Of a stretch of DNA of 64,000 nt, positions 11,360 through 21,797 are shown in pieces. Below the pieces are notes generated by a model that worked only from the letters and a program-made list of their open reading frames with translations, was not told the origin of the DNA and ran no database searches. The first letter of the stretch is position 1; each line of letters starts with the position of its first letter. Where the stretch lies: NCBI GenBank assembly GCA_949297805.1, contig CASFTG010000002.1, forward strand, positions 15,871-79,870, written 5' to 3'. The position numbers and the translations under genes are program-made. Source of the DNA: an uncultured bacterium. Lineage in GTDB: Bacteria; Bacillota_I; Bacilli_A; RFN20; CAG-826.

Positions 11360-11761
11360 CTACTCCTTGAACAGGTCGATGGCTTCCCCTTCGGCGATGG
11401 TGACCACGGCTTTCTTATAGCCGGAGATGGTCCCCTTGTACCGGGAGCCGCGGGTCGTTTCCTTGGCGCGCTGGTTGATGACCTTGACGTCGGTGACCTT
11501 GACCTGGAAGATGCGTTGGAAGGCATCTTTGATTTCGATCTTGTTGGCCTTGTCGGCGACTTTGATCGTGACCTTGTTGGCGTTTTGCATAAGCGCCATG
11601 GTCTTTTCGGTGATGTGGGGGGCGACGATGACTTCGAAGTCATGATGGGTCGCTTTGGCGAAGGTGTGGGCTGCCGCCTTGACCTCCTCTTTCTTGGTGG
11701 CCTTCTTCTTGGCCGGCTTGGCGGTTTCTTCGACCGCTTCGACTTTCTTTTCCTCAGCCAT
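11360..11761 (-). CDS. rplW: 50S ribosomal protein L23 with N-terminal extension
   Basis: P.ITEK, ANKIEIK, YKKAVVT; operon position. Confidence 0.96.
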   Translation of the reverse strand: MAEEKKVEAVEETAKPAKKKATKKEEVKAAAHTFAKATHHDFEVIVAPHITEKTMALMQNANKVTIKVADKANKIEIKDAFQRIFQVKVTDVKVINQRAKETTRGSRYKGTISGYKKAVVTIAEGEAIDLFKE

Positions 11762-11762
11762 A

Positions 11763-12398
11763 TTACTTCAGGGCCTCCTCGATTTTCTTGATGTCATCTT
11801 TGCTGATGACGAGGTTGGTGTTGTTGAGGACATCGTAGACCGAGACGTTAGTGATCTCGGCGAGCTCAACGTTCGCTAGGTTCCGGGCCGAGAGGACGAG
11901 GTTGTCGTTCTCTTCCCCGAAGACGACCAGGGTCTTGCCCTCGGCCTTGATGGCTTCCAAGCAGGAAGCGAAGGCTTTGGTCGAGGCGGTGTCGAGTTTA
12001 AGCGAATCGACGACGATCAGGCCGTGGGCCGCTTTCTCGGAGAGGACGCCTTTGAGGGCGAGGTTATGGGCTTTCTTGTTCTGGGAGAGCTTGTAGTTTT
12101 GATTCCCATCCGGCCCGAAGACGGTGCCGCCGCCGACCCAGATCGGGGACTTGCAGTCGCCCGCGCGGGCCCGGCCGGTGCCCTTTTGCCTCCACGGTTT
12201 CTTGTTGGTACCGTGGACTTCGTGGCGTTTCTTGGTCTTCGCCGTGGCTTGGCGGAGATTGGCTTGGTAAACGGTGACGGCGTCTTTAATGACCTGCTGG
12301 TTGGCTTCAACCCCGAACACCGAGGCGGAGACTTCGATCTCGCCGGCGGCTTCGCCTTTGAGATTGACCACCTTCAAGCTGATTTTCTTTTCAGCCAT
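11763..12398 (-). CDS. rplD: 50S ribosomal protein L4
   Basis: [24 protein letters not shown]. Confidence 0.98.
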   Translation of the reverse strand: MAEKKISLKVVNLKGEAAGEIEVSASVFGVEANQQVIKDAVTVYQANLRQATAKTKKRHEVHGTNKKPWRQKGTGRARAGDCKSPIWVGGGTVFGPDGNQNYKLSQNKKAHNLALKGVLSEKAAHGLIVVDSLKLDTASTKAFASCLEAIKAEGKTLVVFGEENDNLVLSARNLANVELAEITNVSVYDVLNNTNLVISKDDIKKIEEALK

Positions 12399-12403
12399 GG
12401 TTG

Positions 12404-13123
12404 TTATTCTCCTTTCTTCTCTTCCGTGGCGGCCTTGGCGGCGGCTTCCTTAGCCGCGACGTCGAGGATTTCCTTGACCGACGGAGTCTTGAATTGCTTG
12501 CGGACCGGCGAGCGGAGCATGACGATCGCCTTCTTCGGCCCCGGGAGGCCGCCTTTGACGAGGATGTAGCCCTTCTCAGGGTTGCTCTCGACGATGGTGA
12601 CGTTTTGGATGGTCACCTGCTCCGGGCCCCAGTGGCCGGACATCTTCTTGCCCGGGATGACCCGGTTGTTGTCGCGGCCGTTGTTGGCAAGGGAGCCAAT
12701 CTGACGGTGGTAGCCGGACCCATGGCCTTTCGGGCCGATGTGGTGATGGTACTTCTTGATGGTGCCGGAGTAGCCATGGCCTTTGTTATGGCCGATGACA
12801 TCGATGACCTCGCCGGTCTTGAACAGATCGGCGGTCAGGGTCTCGCCGATGTTCTTGGCGTAGACCTCGTCGCCCTTAAGCTCGTACATGGCTTCCTTGG
12901 TGGCGACGCCGGCTTTCTTGTAGATGCCCTTCACGGCTTTGTTGAGGTGGCGCTCGGCCTTATCCTCATAGCCGACGACGATGGCCTCATAGCCATCTTT
13001 CTCTTTCGTCTTCTTGGCGATGACGACGTTGGGAAGGACTTCGACGACGGTGACCGGGTACATGGTCCCGTCGGCGGCGAAGACCTCGGTCATGCCCATT
13101 TTCCTTCCGATGATGGATTTCAT
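12404..13123 (-). CDS. rplC: 50S ribosomal protein L3
   Basis: GRKMGMT, KGHGYSGTIKK, GP.GHGS, GKKMSGH. Confidence 0.98.
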   Translation of the reverse strand: MKSIIGRKMGMTEVFAADGTMYPVTVVEVLPNVVIAKKTKEKDGYEAIVVGYEDKAERHLNKAVKGIYKKAGVATKEAMYELKGDEVYAKNIGETLTADLFKTGEVIDVIGHNKGHGYSGTIKKYHHHIGPKGHGSGYHRQIGSLANNGRDNNRVIPGKKMSGHWGPEQVTIQNVTIVESNPEKGYILVKGGLPGPKKAIVMLRSPVRKQFKTPSVKEILDVAAKEAAAKAATEEKKGE

Positions 13124-13137
13124 TGATCAGGTCCTCC

Positions 13138-13449
13138 TTATAACTTAATGTCGATCTCGACGCCGCTGGGAAGATCGAGGTTGCGAAGCGCATCGATGGT
13201 CCCTTTCTGCGGGTGGGTGATATAAATCAATCTCTTGTGGGTCCGAATCTCGAACTGTTCACGCGAATCCTTGTATTTGAAGGTAGCGCGTAAGATCGTG
13301 TAGACCTGTTTCTCGGTCGGCAAGGGGATTGGGCCCTTGACGCCGGCTCCGGTTTTCTCGGCGACGTTGAGGATCTTCTCGACGCAGAGGTCAAGGATCT
13401 TGTGGTCGTAGGCGAGCAAGCGAACGCGGATCGCTTTTTCTTTTGCCAT
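13138..13449 (-). CDS. rpsJ: 30S ribosomal protein S10
   Basis: [34 protein letters not shown]. Confidence 0.99.
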   Translation of the reverse strand: MAKEKAIRVRLLAYDHKILDLCVEKILNVAEKTGAGVKGPIPLPTEKQVYTILRATFKYKDSREQFEIRTHKRLIYITHPQKGTIDALRNLDLPSGVEIDIKL

Positions 13450-13469
13450 TTCTGTTCCTCCAATGGTAT

Positions 13470-13560
13470 TTCAGGCTTCTAACGTTTGTTCGGGGCGAAT
13501 TCCCTGACCACCTTTCATGACAACGCCTGTAGGTGTGTCAGCAACCTCGCTCTTCATCGC
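13470..13560 (-). ncRNA. Bacillota S10-operon leader RNA
   Basis: Minus strand GCGATGAAGAGCGAGGTTGCTGACACACC... matches the GATGAAG..GAGGTTGCTGACACACC core I recall upstream of Bacillota rpsJ. Confidence 0.8.
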
Positions 13561-13577
13561 AAGCGCTAGCGTGTACA

Positions 13578-13606
13578 AGGGTACGCGTATGGGGGCGAGA
13601 GGTCAA
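13578..13606 (-). promoter_or_regulatory. Putative sigma-A promoter of the S10 operon
   Basis: TTGACC-17 nt-TACCCT just upstream of the leader. Confidence 0.5.
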
Positions 13607-13894
13607 CAAAAAGTTTGAGATTTTATCGGCATTAATCTTGTATTTTCCCCGTCAATCGCCAAAGGCCCGAAAATAGTTCCGATGGCATCAAAGGAATTTT
13701 AGTTATGTGTGCACAATGCACAAATATTAATTTTCTTATCGTGATTTTTGCCGCTTCCCAAACCGCTAAAAAACACCCGCCCTCCGCAGGAATCGTCAAA
13801 GTTGAAAAGCGAACTACGCTCAATGACACCCGGGGATTTTTTTAATAAAACAGTCTATTTAATACTGATTAACTCTAGTAAAGCGAGTACAGTA

Positions 13895-13957
13895 TTGCAC
13901 TTTTTCCAACATATAGAGGTGCAAAAATGCACTTTTAAATAATTAAAAAAGTGCAAA
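13895..13957. repeat. 32-bp periodic TGCAC/GTGCA palindromic array downstream of the TA cassette
   Basis: TGCACTTTT at 13896 and 13928; GTGCAAA at 13919 and 13951. Confidence 0.8.
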
Positions 13958-14028
13958 TTTAATTTCAATCGAGGGTTTGATTAAGATTAAGCGCCACTAA
14001 TGTTAATGACAAAATCCATCAAGAAGTT

Positions 14029-14376
14029 TTACTTTAAGGACGAAGCGAAAGCTTTAATATCAAGCAGCAAGTCAGGCAAGTCCTCAAAAACTGTATTGTA
14101 AATAATTTCTAATTTAACATTCCCGTAGTCATGAACAATTCTGTTCCTTAGTCCCGTTAGATCCGCATAAGGAATTCAAGTTTTTAAATCAGGAAAGCAA
14201 GAAAGCAACTTGATTGCGGATTCGGAAATTTGGACAAACTTAAAACTCACGGCACAGTTGACTAGCTCATCCTTTGTAAACTCTTCCAAGCTCATTGAGC
14301 CAACATTGTTCAAAACAAATTCAATATCGTCAATAATCTGGTAAAGATAATAAACGGCTGATTTATTACTACCCAT
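14029..14376 (-). pseudogene. HepT/DUF86-like HEPN ribonuclease toxin with an internal in-frame TGA
   Basis: Frame continues past TGA (14176-14178) as IPYADLTGLRNRIVHDYGNV...SLK*, containing the HEPN RxxxxH motif; full length 115 codons. Confidence 0.85.
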
Positions 14377-14845
14377 AGATTTTTATGCCCTCTTTTAAAA
14401 CGTTGCGCAGCAAATTCTCATTATCCAACAATTGATTGATTTTCAAAAGATCAACCACTTTTCCTAATGATTGTCGTAGTTCCTCGATTAAACCATAAAA
14501 CTTCAGACCGGTTATTGGCGTATCAATAATCAAATCCACGTCGCTCAAAGGATTGGCTCTATTTTTTGCATATGAGCCAAATAAATAACAAAAATTGACG
14601 TCACGTTTCGATAAGACCGAGGAGACTATTTCGATAATATCCTCTAAAGAAAGTATGCCGTGCGTCTCATCTACCGATCGATAACTTCGCAATTGCTCAC
14701 AATATTTAGCGTATTTTGAGGTTTTGATTCTTTTAGAATCATTCTCGTAATTTTTGTAACTACGTAAAGAAATGTCGAGAAAACCAGCGGCTTGTGATTG
14801 TGTCAAACGCTTGTTCTTTCTTAGGTCCTTTAAACTATCAACCAT
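14369..14845 (-). CDS. XRE-HTH plus minimal nucleotidyltransferase (MNT) antitoxin; likely start MVDSL at 14845
   Basis: LKDLRKNKRLTQSQAAGFLDIS HTH; YLFGSYAK...SDVDL NTase motif; overlaps the HEPN gene start; AT-rich. Confidence 0.88.
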   Translation of the reverse strand: MVDSLKDLRKNKRLTQSQAAGFLDISLRSYKNYENDSKRIKTSKYAKYCEQLRSYRSVDETHGILSLEDIIEIVSSVLSKRDVNFCYLFGSYAKNRANPLSDVDLIIDTPITGLKFYGLIEELRQSLGKVVDLLKINQLLDNENLLRNVLKEGIKIYG

Positions 14846-14863
14846 GGCAGTATTATGACATAT

Positions 14864-14958
14864 TTGCACTTTTTATCCAAACAAAAAGTGCATTTTTGCA
14901 CTTTTTCTAATGTTCTTAGGTGCAATTTTGCACCTTGGCCTTTATCAAAAAGTGCAAA
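14864..14958. repeat. 32-bp periodic GTGCA-N4-TGCAC palindromic array over the TA promoter
   Basis: TGCAC at 14865, 14897, 14929; GTGCA at 14888, 14920, 14952. Confidence 0.85.
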
Positions 14959-15609
14959 TCAAGGTTTTTCTTTACGTTTTAGATATTCGTTATAAGAGGC
15001 CCGGCAACCGCAGTATTGCTGGTTATATAAGCCATAATGATCGCGGATTTTGACGCCCTTTAAAGCCCCGTCTTTCTTTTTGAAATCGGTGTAAAGATAA
15101 GGGACGGATGGATGCTTGAGTTCCAGCTTCCGCCCCACTTCGTTTAAGACCACGCTCGATTTCTGACGGGAAACGGTCATGACGGTCGTGAAGTAATCGA
15201 AATGATGGTCCTCGGCGTATTGGTAAGCCTCGTCCATCCGATACTCATAGCAACGGTGGCACCGCTCGCTCCCCTCGGGTAAATGCTCATAGGGCTTAAT
15301 GAACTCAAAATAAGCCTCGGGGTCATAAGGCGGGACGAATAGTTCGATCTCGAAGCCATAGTCCCGTTTAAGATATGCCAATAGCTTCTTCAGCTCCCCC
15401 AGTCTTCTTTCGTATTCCTCGGACGGATAAATGTTGGGATTGCAATAATAGATGGTGACGTCGAAATGGGGGCAAAGGCAAGTTAAGGGAAAACAGGCGC
15501 AGGGGCCGCAGCAAACATGGAAAAGCAGTTTCTTACTTTCCCCATGTAACGAGGCGATGACCGCTTCCCCGAAATCGTAATAACGGGTCTTCTTATTCCT
15601 TTCAATCAT
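14959..15609 (-). CDS. queH: Epoxyqueuosine reductase QueH (DUF208)
   Basis: [32 protein letters not shown]; next to queA. Confidence 0.92.
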   Translation of the reverse strand: MIERNKKTRYYDFGEAVIASLHGESKKLLFHVCCGPCACFPLTCLCPHFDVTIYYCNPNIYPSEEYERRLGELKKLLAYLKRDYGFEIELFVPPYDPEAYFEFIKPYEHLPEGSERCHRCYEYRMDEAYQYAEDHHFDYFTTVMTVSRQKSSVVLNEVGRKLELKHPSVPYLYTDFKKKDGALKGVKIRDHYGLYNQQYCGCRASYNEYLKRKEKP

Positions 15610-16667
15610 AAATCCATGGCTTTCGAATAATCGAACTTCCCGTAGATGAACATCGAGTCGCCAAAGGAGAAGAAACGGTATTTCTCCTTAATGGCCTCTT
15701 CGTAGCAATGGAGTGTCCACTGCCGCCCCATGAAGGCCGAAACCAGCATGACCAAAGTCGACTTCGGGAGATGGAAATTGGTGATGAGGGCATCGACCGC
15801 CTTATATTCATAACCGGGCGAAATAAAAATCGAAGTGTTCTCTTTGGCGGCCTTGAACTCGCCATATTTGCCATATATCGATTCTAAGGTCCGAACCGAG
15901 GTCGTCCCGACGGCGATGATCCGCCGGCCTTCGGCTTTGGCCTTATTCAAGATGGCCGCCGCCTTCTCGTCAATCTCACATAACTCAGTATGCATGTGGT
16001 GGTCTTTGGTGTCCTTGACCTTAACCGGCCGGAAGGTGCCTAAACCAATATTAAGAGTGATGTCCACCACCTCAATCCCTTTGGCTTTAATCTTTTCAAA
16101 CAACTCTGGGGTGAAATGGAAACCCGCGGTCGGGGCAGCGGCACTGCCGGGAACTTTGGCATAGACGGTTTGGTAATCGTTATTGTCCTCAACCTGCTTT
16201 TTGATATAAGGGGGTAAGGGCATCTTGCCAAGCCGTTCCAACACCTCTAAGAAAATGCCCTGGTAATGAAACTGCATGTGGCGTATTCCTTCGGGCAGCA
16301 CCTTAACGCAGGTGCAGGTCAACGAGCCATCGCCAAAGGTGATGTTGCTCCCAACCTTAACCGAATGCGCCCCACCGACTAAGCATTCCCAGGTATCTTT
16401 TTCCTCAAGTTGTTTTAATAAAAGGACCTCGCAATGGCCGCCGGTCTCAACCTTGGTTCCGATTAAACGGGCCGGGATGACCTTGGTGTTGTTTCGAACC
16501 AAGACATCGCCCGGGACCAGGTAATCAATGATGTCCTTGAACTTCTTATGCTCAATGGTCTGATCCTCGCGGTCAATGACCATAAGGCGGGATTCATCCC
16601 GCTGCTTCAAAGGCGACTGGGCGATCAATTCCTCGGGCAAAGCAAAGTCAAACAGTTCGATATCCAT
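15606..16667 (-). CDS. queA: S-adenosylmethionine:tRNA ribosyltransferase-isomerase
   Basis: [52 protein letters not shown]. Confidence 0.97.
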   Translation of the reverse strand: MDIELFDFALPEELIAQSPLKQRDESRLMVIDREDQTIEHKKFKDIIDYLVPGDVLVRNNTKVIPARLIGTKVETGGHCEVLLLKQLEEKDTWECLVGGAHSVKVGSNITFGDGSLTCTCVKVLPEGIRHMQFHYQGIFLEVLERLGKMPLPPYIKKQVEDNNDYQTVYAKVPGSAAAPTAGFHFTPELFEKIKAKGIEVVDITLNIGLGTFRPVKVKDTKDHHMHTELCEIDEKAAAILNKAKAEGRRIIAVGTTSVRTLESIYGKYGEFKAAKENTSIFISPGYEYKAVDALITNFHLPKSTLVMLVSAFMGRQWTLHCYEEAIKEKYRFFSFGDSMFIYGKFDYSKAMDL

Positions 16668-16670
16668 GGT

Positions 16671-17810
<1,140 letters not shown>

Positions 17811-17824
17811 TTACAAATACCCCC

Positions 17825-18337
17825 TCAATACTTAAAGGGGTAATGCCGGGAGGGCTGAAGGACCTTGAAGAACCCTTTGTTCCTCTTAACCAGCAAGAAG
17901 AAAACATAGCCGATGGCAATGGCGATAGTCTCGCCGGCGCAGACGAGGCCGGCTTGATACCAATAAGTGTCCCAGGGAAGTTCTAGAAGCCAGCATAACT
18001 CCGCCCCGACCACGAAGGCGTTAATGGCGATCGGATATAAGCAAGCGATAAGCATCCTAGGAGATGCAAAGGAAATAAGGACGCAGGATAAGAAAGTGGC
18101 GGCGGTCCCAATCAGAATATCCGGCCAGCCTAAAGTCGAGCCAAGGTTCGCCAAGAAGCAGCCGATGGTGACGCCGCTGATGAAGTCGGGCCGAAAGAAG
18201 CAAAGCAAGCAGAGCAATTCGGCGAAGCGAATCTGCATCGGCCCATAGGATATACCGCTTAGAAGCAAGCATAATAAAAAATAAATCGCCCCGGCGATTC
18301 CGTTTTGGGCGATTTTAAGCAGTAGTTTGTCTGACAC
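17825..18337 (-). CDS. queT: QueT-family queuosine-precursor transporter; likely GTG start at 18337
   Basis: ISYGPMQIRFAE, G.TIGCFLAN motifs; 4-5 TM segments; SD GGAGG before the GTG. Confidence 0.88.
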   Translation of the reverse strand: MSDKLLLKIAQNGIAGAIYFLLCLLLSGISYGPMQIRFAELLCLLCFFRPDFISGVTIGCFLANLGSTLGWPDILIGTAATFLSCVLISFASPRMLIACLYPIAINAFVVGAELCWLLELPWDTYWYQAGLVCAGETIAIAIGYVFFLLVKRNKGFFKVLQPSRHYPFKY

Positions 18338-18345
18338 GATAGGTG

Positions 18346-18390
18346 CCTCCTGATTTTTTAACGCTGGGTACCGAGGACTAACAGCAGTGC
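18346..18390 (-). ncRNA. Putative preQ1 class I riboswitch (variant)
   Basis: GCTG-TTAGTCCTCGGTACC-CAGC-GTTAAAAAATCAGGAGG: short stem, loop TCCT complementary to AGGA of the SD, A-rich tail, upstream of queT. Confidence 0.65.
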
Positions 18391-18392
18391 GG

Positions 18393-18421
18393 ATTATAAA
18401 CTTCGAGCCTAAGCAAAGCAA
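18393..18421 (-). promoter_or_regulatory. Sigma-A promoter of the que cluster
   Basis: TTGCTT-17 nt-TATAAT immediately 5' of the riboswitch. Confidence 0.7.
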
Positions 18422-18476
18422 AAATAAACGCAGTTAGACTCGAAAAACCCGCAAGTACGAGATTAAATATGGAAAA

Positions 18477-19844
18477 TCACTCAGGATCAAAAGGCGTAAA
18501 CAAAGCAAACATGGCGTAGAAAGGGAAGTTTTGACGACCAAGCTTTTCGCTATATGGATCGGAGGTGATGACGATTCCCTTGCGGACAGTGTCTTTATGC
18601 CGGCTTTCGAGAATATCCAAGGACTTCAAGGCCCGGTATCCCGAGGATTTGCATTCGACAGGCTGGACCTTGCCATGCCTTTCGAAAGCGAAATCCACCT
18701 CATAGGAGGCAACCGTCGAATCCTTATTCTCGACCCAGGAAAAGTAATGAGGATCAAGCCCCGCTAAGACCAATTGCTGGGCGACGGCGTTTTCGTAAAT
18801 ATAGCCGAAATTCCCACGCAAAGTTCCTTCGATGAACTTATCATAATGCTCATCAATGTTCTCTGGGGAATAGCAAAGGCAATGCGCTAATCCCAAATCG
18901 TTGTAAAAGCCTTTGAAGTAGGTGTCATCTTCGGTTAAGGACAAGCCAATATCAGGATTTTTGGACTTTTTAATGATATAGCCGATTTGGCTTTCGGCCA
19001 GCTTATCGACCGTCTCTAAGGAAACGACCGAATTCGGCCTTGCATCCATATCGGAAAACTGGAATCGAAAACTATTCCGATCAAGGCATTTCGGGAAGTT
19101 TTTGTACATCGCCCGGCAATGGGTGCCGTATCTTCGGTCGATGGTTTCCAAATCTTTGTTGAACAAAGACAGAATGACCTTTTGGTTTTCGATGACTTCC
19201 CAATAAGAACGGCTTTCGACATAAGACTCCACTGCCTCAGGCATGCCGCCGATTAACATATAGGTCCGGAACTGCCGCATATAATCGTCATGATTCAAGG
19301 AAAACAAGGAGTAGTTTTTGCTTCGAATCACTTCTTTGATCGAGTCCGCGATGTTACCCATCCCAATGTTAATCAGGAATTCTTCGAAATCCAAAGGAGC
19401 GAAAATGACTTGCCGTTCCTTAGAAGGAAGCAATATATCCAGAGAATTAAGCTCGATTGAAACCGCCGAACCGGTTTCAATGAAACGGTACCGGCCGTCT
19501 TCCGTTAGTTGTTTGATGGCCTGCCGAGCGCGGGAACAAAATTGAATCTCATCGAAAATAAGCAAGCTGCCGGGCGGAAGCACCGGCTTCTTCAAAGCAA
19601 AAAACAACCGATTGTAAAAATTATCAACATCGCCTAGATCATCAAAGCAACGCTTGACTCTGGCGTCTTCGGCTGAAAAGTCGATTAGGTAGTAATTTTC
19701 AAAATAATGCTCGCCAATATATTTAGCCGCGGTTGTCTTTCCGGTACGGCGAGGGCCATTAAAGAACAGCGCATTGCGGCTGTCGGACTTCGCCCAACGT
19801 TCTAAGTAGCTATAAACTTTTCTAAATAATGGTTTTTCCGACAT
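18477..19844 (-). CDS. AAA+ ATPase (AAA_14/DUF4143 type) with C-terminal PD-(D/E)xK-like domain
   Basis: GPRRTGKTT, LLIFDEIQ, ETGS, PLDFEEF, GGMPEAV, ENAVAQ, YEVDF..PVECKS. Confidence 0.88.
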   Translation of the reverse strand: MSEKPLFRKVYSYLERWAKSDSRNALFFNGPRRTGKTTAAKYIGEHYFENYYLIDFSAEDARVKRCFDDLGDVDNFYNRLFFALKKPVLPPGSLLIFDEIQFCSRARQAIKQLTEDGRYRFIETGSAVSIELNSLDILLPSKERQVIFAPLDFEEFLINIGMGNIADSIKEVIRSKNYSLFSLNHDDYMRQFRTYMLIGGMPEAVESYVESRSYWEVIENQKVILSLFNKDLETIDRRYGTHCRAMYKNFPKCLDRNSFRFQFSDMDARPNSVVSLETVDKLAESQIGYIIKKSKNPDIGLSLTEDDTYFKGFYNDLGLAHCLCYSPENIDEHYDKFIEGTLRGNFGYIYENAVAQQLVLAGLDPHYFSWVENKDSTVASYEVDFAFERHGKVQPVECKSSGYRALKSLDILESRHKDTVRKGIVITSDPYSEKLGRQNFPFYAMFALFTPFDPE

Positions 19845-19864
19845 GACTAAATTATAGATGGAGT

Positions 19865-20035
19865 TGCGATTTTTTAAACAAAAATAAGGTCGAAAATGCG
19901 ATTTTTTGATTTCGTGAATGGCCCAATTTGCGATTTTTTGATTTCACGAAGCGTCCAAAATGCGATTTTTTAAACTCACAAGGCCTCGAATCTGCGATTT
20001 TTTGGATTCACTAATCCGAGAAATTTCGATTTGAG
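19865..20035. repeat. Array of TGCGATTTTTT with exact 32-bp period upstream of the AAA+ gene
   Basis: Copies at 19865, 19897, 19929, 19961, 19993 and a degenerate copy at 20025. Confidence 0.92.
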
Positions 20036-20047
20036 AAAGCAACGAGC

Positions 20048-20075
20048 AAAAGAAAAGCCGCCTCATTTGGCGACC
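20048..20075 (-). terminator. Intrinsic terminator of prs
   Basis: GGTCGCC-AAATGA-GGCGGCT followed by TTTCTTTT. Confidence 0.7.
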
Positions 20076-20080
20076 ATTTC

Positions 20081-21037
20081 TCAATAGAAGGACATCCAGG
20101 AATTGGGGACCGCCGTTCCCTCAACGCTGGCTTTGATAACCCCGGCGATCATGTTGGCGATCGAGAGGACCGTCACTCCCTTCATCTTGGGATGTTCAAT
20201 CGAATTGGTGACGACCAAGTCAACAATCGGGGACTGGCCTAATAACTCCGCCGAACCGGGCGAGAAGACGGCATGGGTGCCGGCCACCCGGACATCAAGG
20301 GCCCCTCGAGATAAAATCGCATGACTGCAGGCTAAGACGGTGCCAGCGGTGTCGATAATGTCATCGACGATCAGGCAATGCTTGCCCCGCACCTCACCGA
20401 CGATGTTCATCACCTCGGCCACGTTCGGGGCCGGACGCCTTTTATCGATGATGGCGATTTCTGAATTGGGCAATTCGGAAGCTAAGTCCCGGGCCCGATG
20501 GATCGAGCCGTGGTCAGGAGAGACGACCACCACATCCTCGGTCTTAATGCCTAGAGAAGCAAATTCTTTCCGGAAGTGATCGCCAAATAAGGGAATCGAG
20601 CTTAAGTCATCGACCGGGCAAGAGAAGAAGCCTTGGGTCTGGGGGGTATGCAGATCCATGGTGATGATCCGGGAGACGCCGACAGTATCAAGAAGGTCGG
20701 CGACTAATTTGGCGGTGATGGGCTCACCTGGCCGGGCCACCCGGTCCTGCCGGCAGAAACCATAATAAGGGATAACGAGATTAATCTCTTTCGCCTTGGC
20801 GTTGCGGATGCCATCAATAAAGACCAATAACTCCATCAGCCTTTCGGCCGCCGGGGTGGCGGTGCTTTGGATGATGTAGACGGTCTTGCCCCGGACCGAA
20901 TCAGGGGAACGGGCCATCACTTCCCCATCGGAGAAATGGGTGACCTCGCTTTTTCCCTGCTCGACCCCGAGGATATTGCATACCTCTTGGGTTAAGGACG
21001 GGTTGGCGGTTAAAGAAAAAATCTTAACGTTGTCCAT
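20081..21037 (-). CDS. prs: Ribose-phosphate pyrophosphokinase
   Basis: FSDGE, PYYGFCRQDR, MDLH, VVSPDHG, IDKRR, IVDDIIDTAGT. Confidence 0.96.
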   Translation of the reverse strand: MDNVKIFSLTANPSLTQEVCNILGVEQGKSEVTHFSDGEVMARSPDSVRGKTVYIIQSTATPAAERLMELLVFIDGIRNAKAKEINLVIPYYGFCRQDRVARPGEPITAKLVADLLDTVGVSRIITMDLHTPQTQGFFSCPVDDLSSIPLFGDHFRKEFASLGIKTEDVVVVSPDHGSIHRARDLASELPNSEIAIIDKRRPAPNVAEVMNIVGEVRGKHCLIVDDIIDTAGTVLACSHAILSRGALDVRVAGTHAVFSPGSAELLGQSPIVDLVVTNSIEHPKMKGVTVLSIANMIAGVIKASVEGTAVPNSWMSFY

Positions 21038-21040
21038 GGC

Positions 21041-21625
21041 TTACCAATGCTTGACCGTGACTAGAACCGTCGCTTTATTGACTTCCGGCTCGCTAAGAGT
21101 CGGCAGGGAGGAAACGTCATACCCTTTCTTCGCTAAAAGGGCTCGACCTTCTTTGCCTAAGAACCAGGAACGGATGGCAGTCGGCTCCAGCCGATTTTTA
21201 TCGGTTAAGGCCGTCCACTTGGTCGGGAGGTAGAACATCTGCGACCCCCGGAGCATGAAGTTCTGGGGTTCCCAGTCGAGGGAGACCTTGGAGAAGCGGG
21301 CGAAACGATATAAAGAGAAGAGGGCTTCGAAATAGCGGTCGTCCAAAGGCCCTTGGGAGAGGGCTTTGAGGCAATCGTCCTCCGGGAAATAATCAAAGAC
21401 GATGACCTTGGCCTCATCATCGTGATAACACATCTTGGCCATGTTGATGCCGGCGTGCTTCAGCTCCTTATAATCGGCTAGGGCTTGCTCATAACCGGTT
21501 TTATAGGTCCGGACGCAATAGACACGCTCGGCCCAGGTGCAGATGTAGGTGGTGTGGTCCTCATGCACGGCTTTAACCGAGGTGACCACGAATTTCTTGG
21601 TTTTGACTTGGATGATTTCGTCCAT
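21041..21625 (-). CDS. Hypothetical protein, possibly degenerate kinase-like fold; likely start MDEII
   Basis: LDWEPQNFM resembles a kinase catalytic loop DxxxxN; stop 3 nt before the prs start. Confidence 0.6.
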   Translation of the reverse strand: MDEIIQVKTKKFVVTSVKAVHEDHTTYICTWAERVYCVRTYKTGYEQALADYKELKHAGINMAKMCYHDDEAKVIVFDYFPEDDCLKALSQGPLDDRYFEALFSLYRFARFSKVSLDWEPQNFMLRGSQMFYLPTKWTALTDKNRLEPTAIRSWFLGKEGRALLAKKGYDVSSLPTLSEPEVNKATVLVTVKHW

Positions 21626-21797
21626 ACGCAGGAATTTTAGCAAAAGTCAAAACCATAATAAACGCTGGTGCGAAATAAGAAAGCACTTTCTTTGCCTTTT
21701 TTCGCCGTCTAAAGCTCGACGGCAAGTCAATCTTATCAATAGATGAGACGCAAACTCACTAGACCCCGTCACTCTCCTTTTATATCATATGGCGCGT

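Noticed and set aside
13100..13123. AGG->Met codon reassignment reported for some RFN20 Bacilli
   Set aside because: AGG encodes the conserved Arg of L3 G-R-K (GGA AGG AAA), and internal Met codons in conserved proteins are ATG; the standard code fits
19865..20035. CRISPR array
   Set aside because: The repeat is only 11 bp, the spacers are 21 bp and similar to each other, and there are no cas genes in the window
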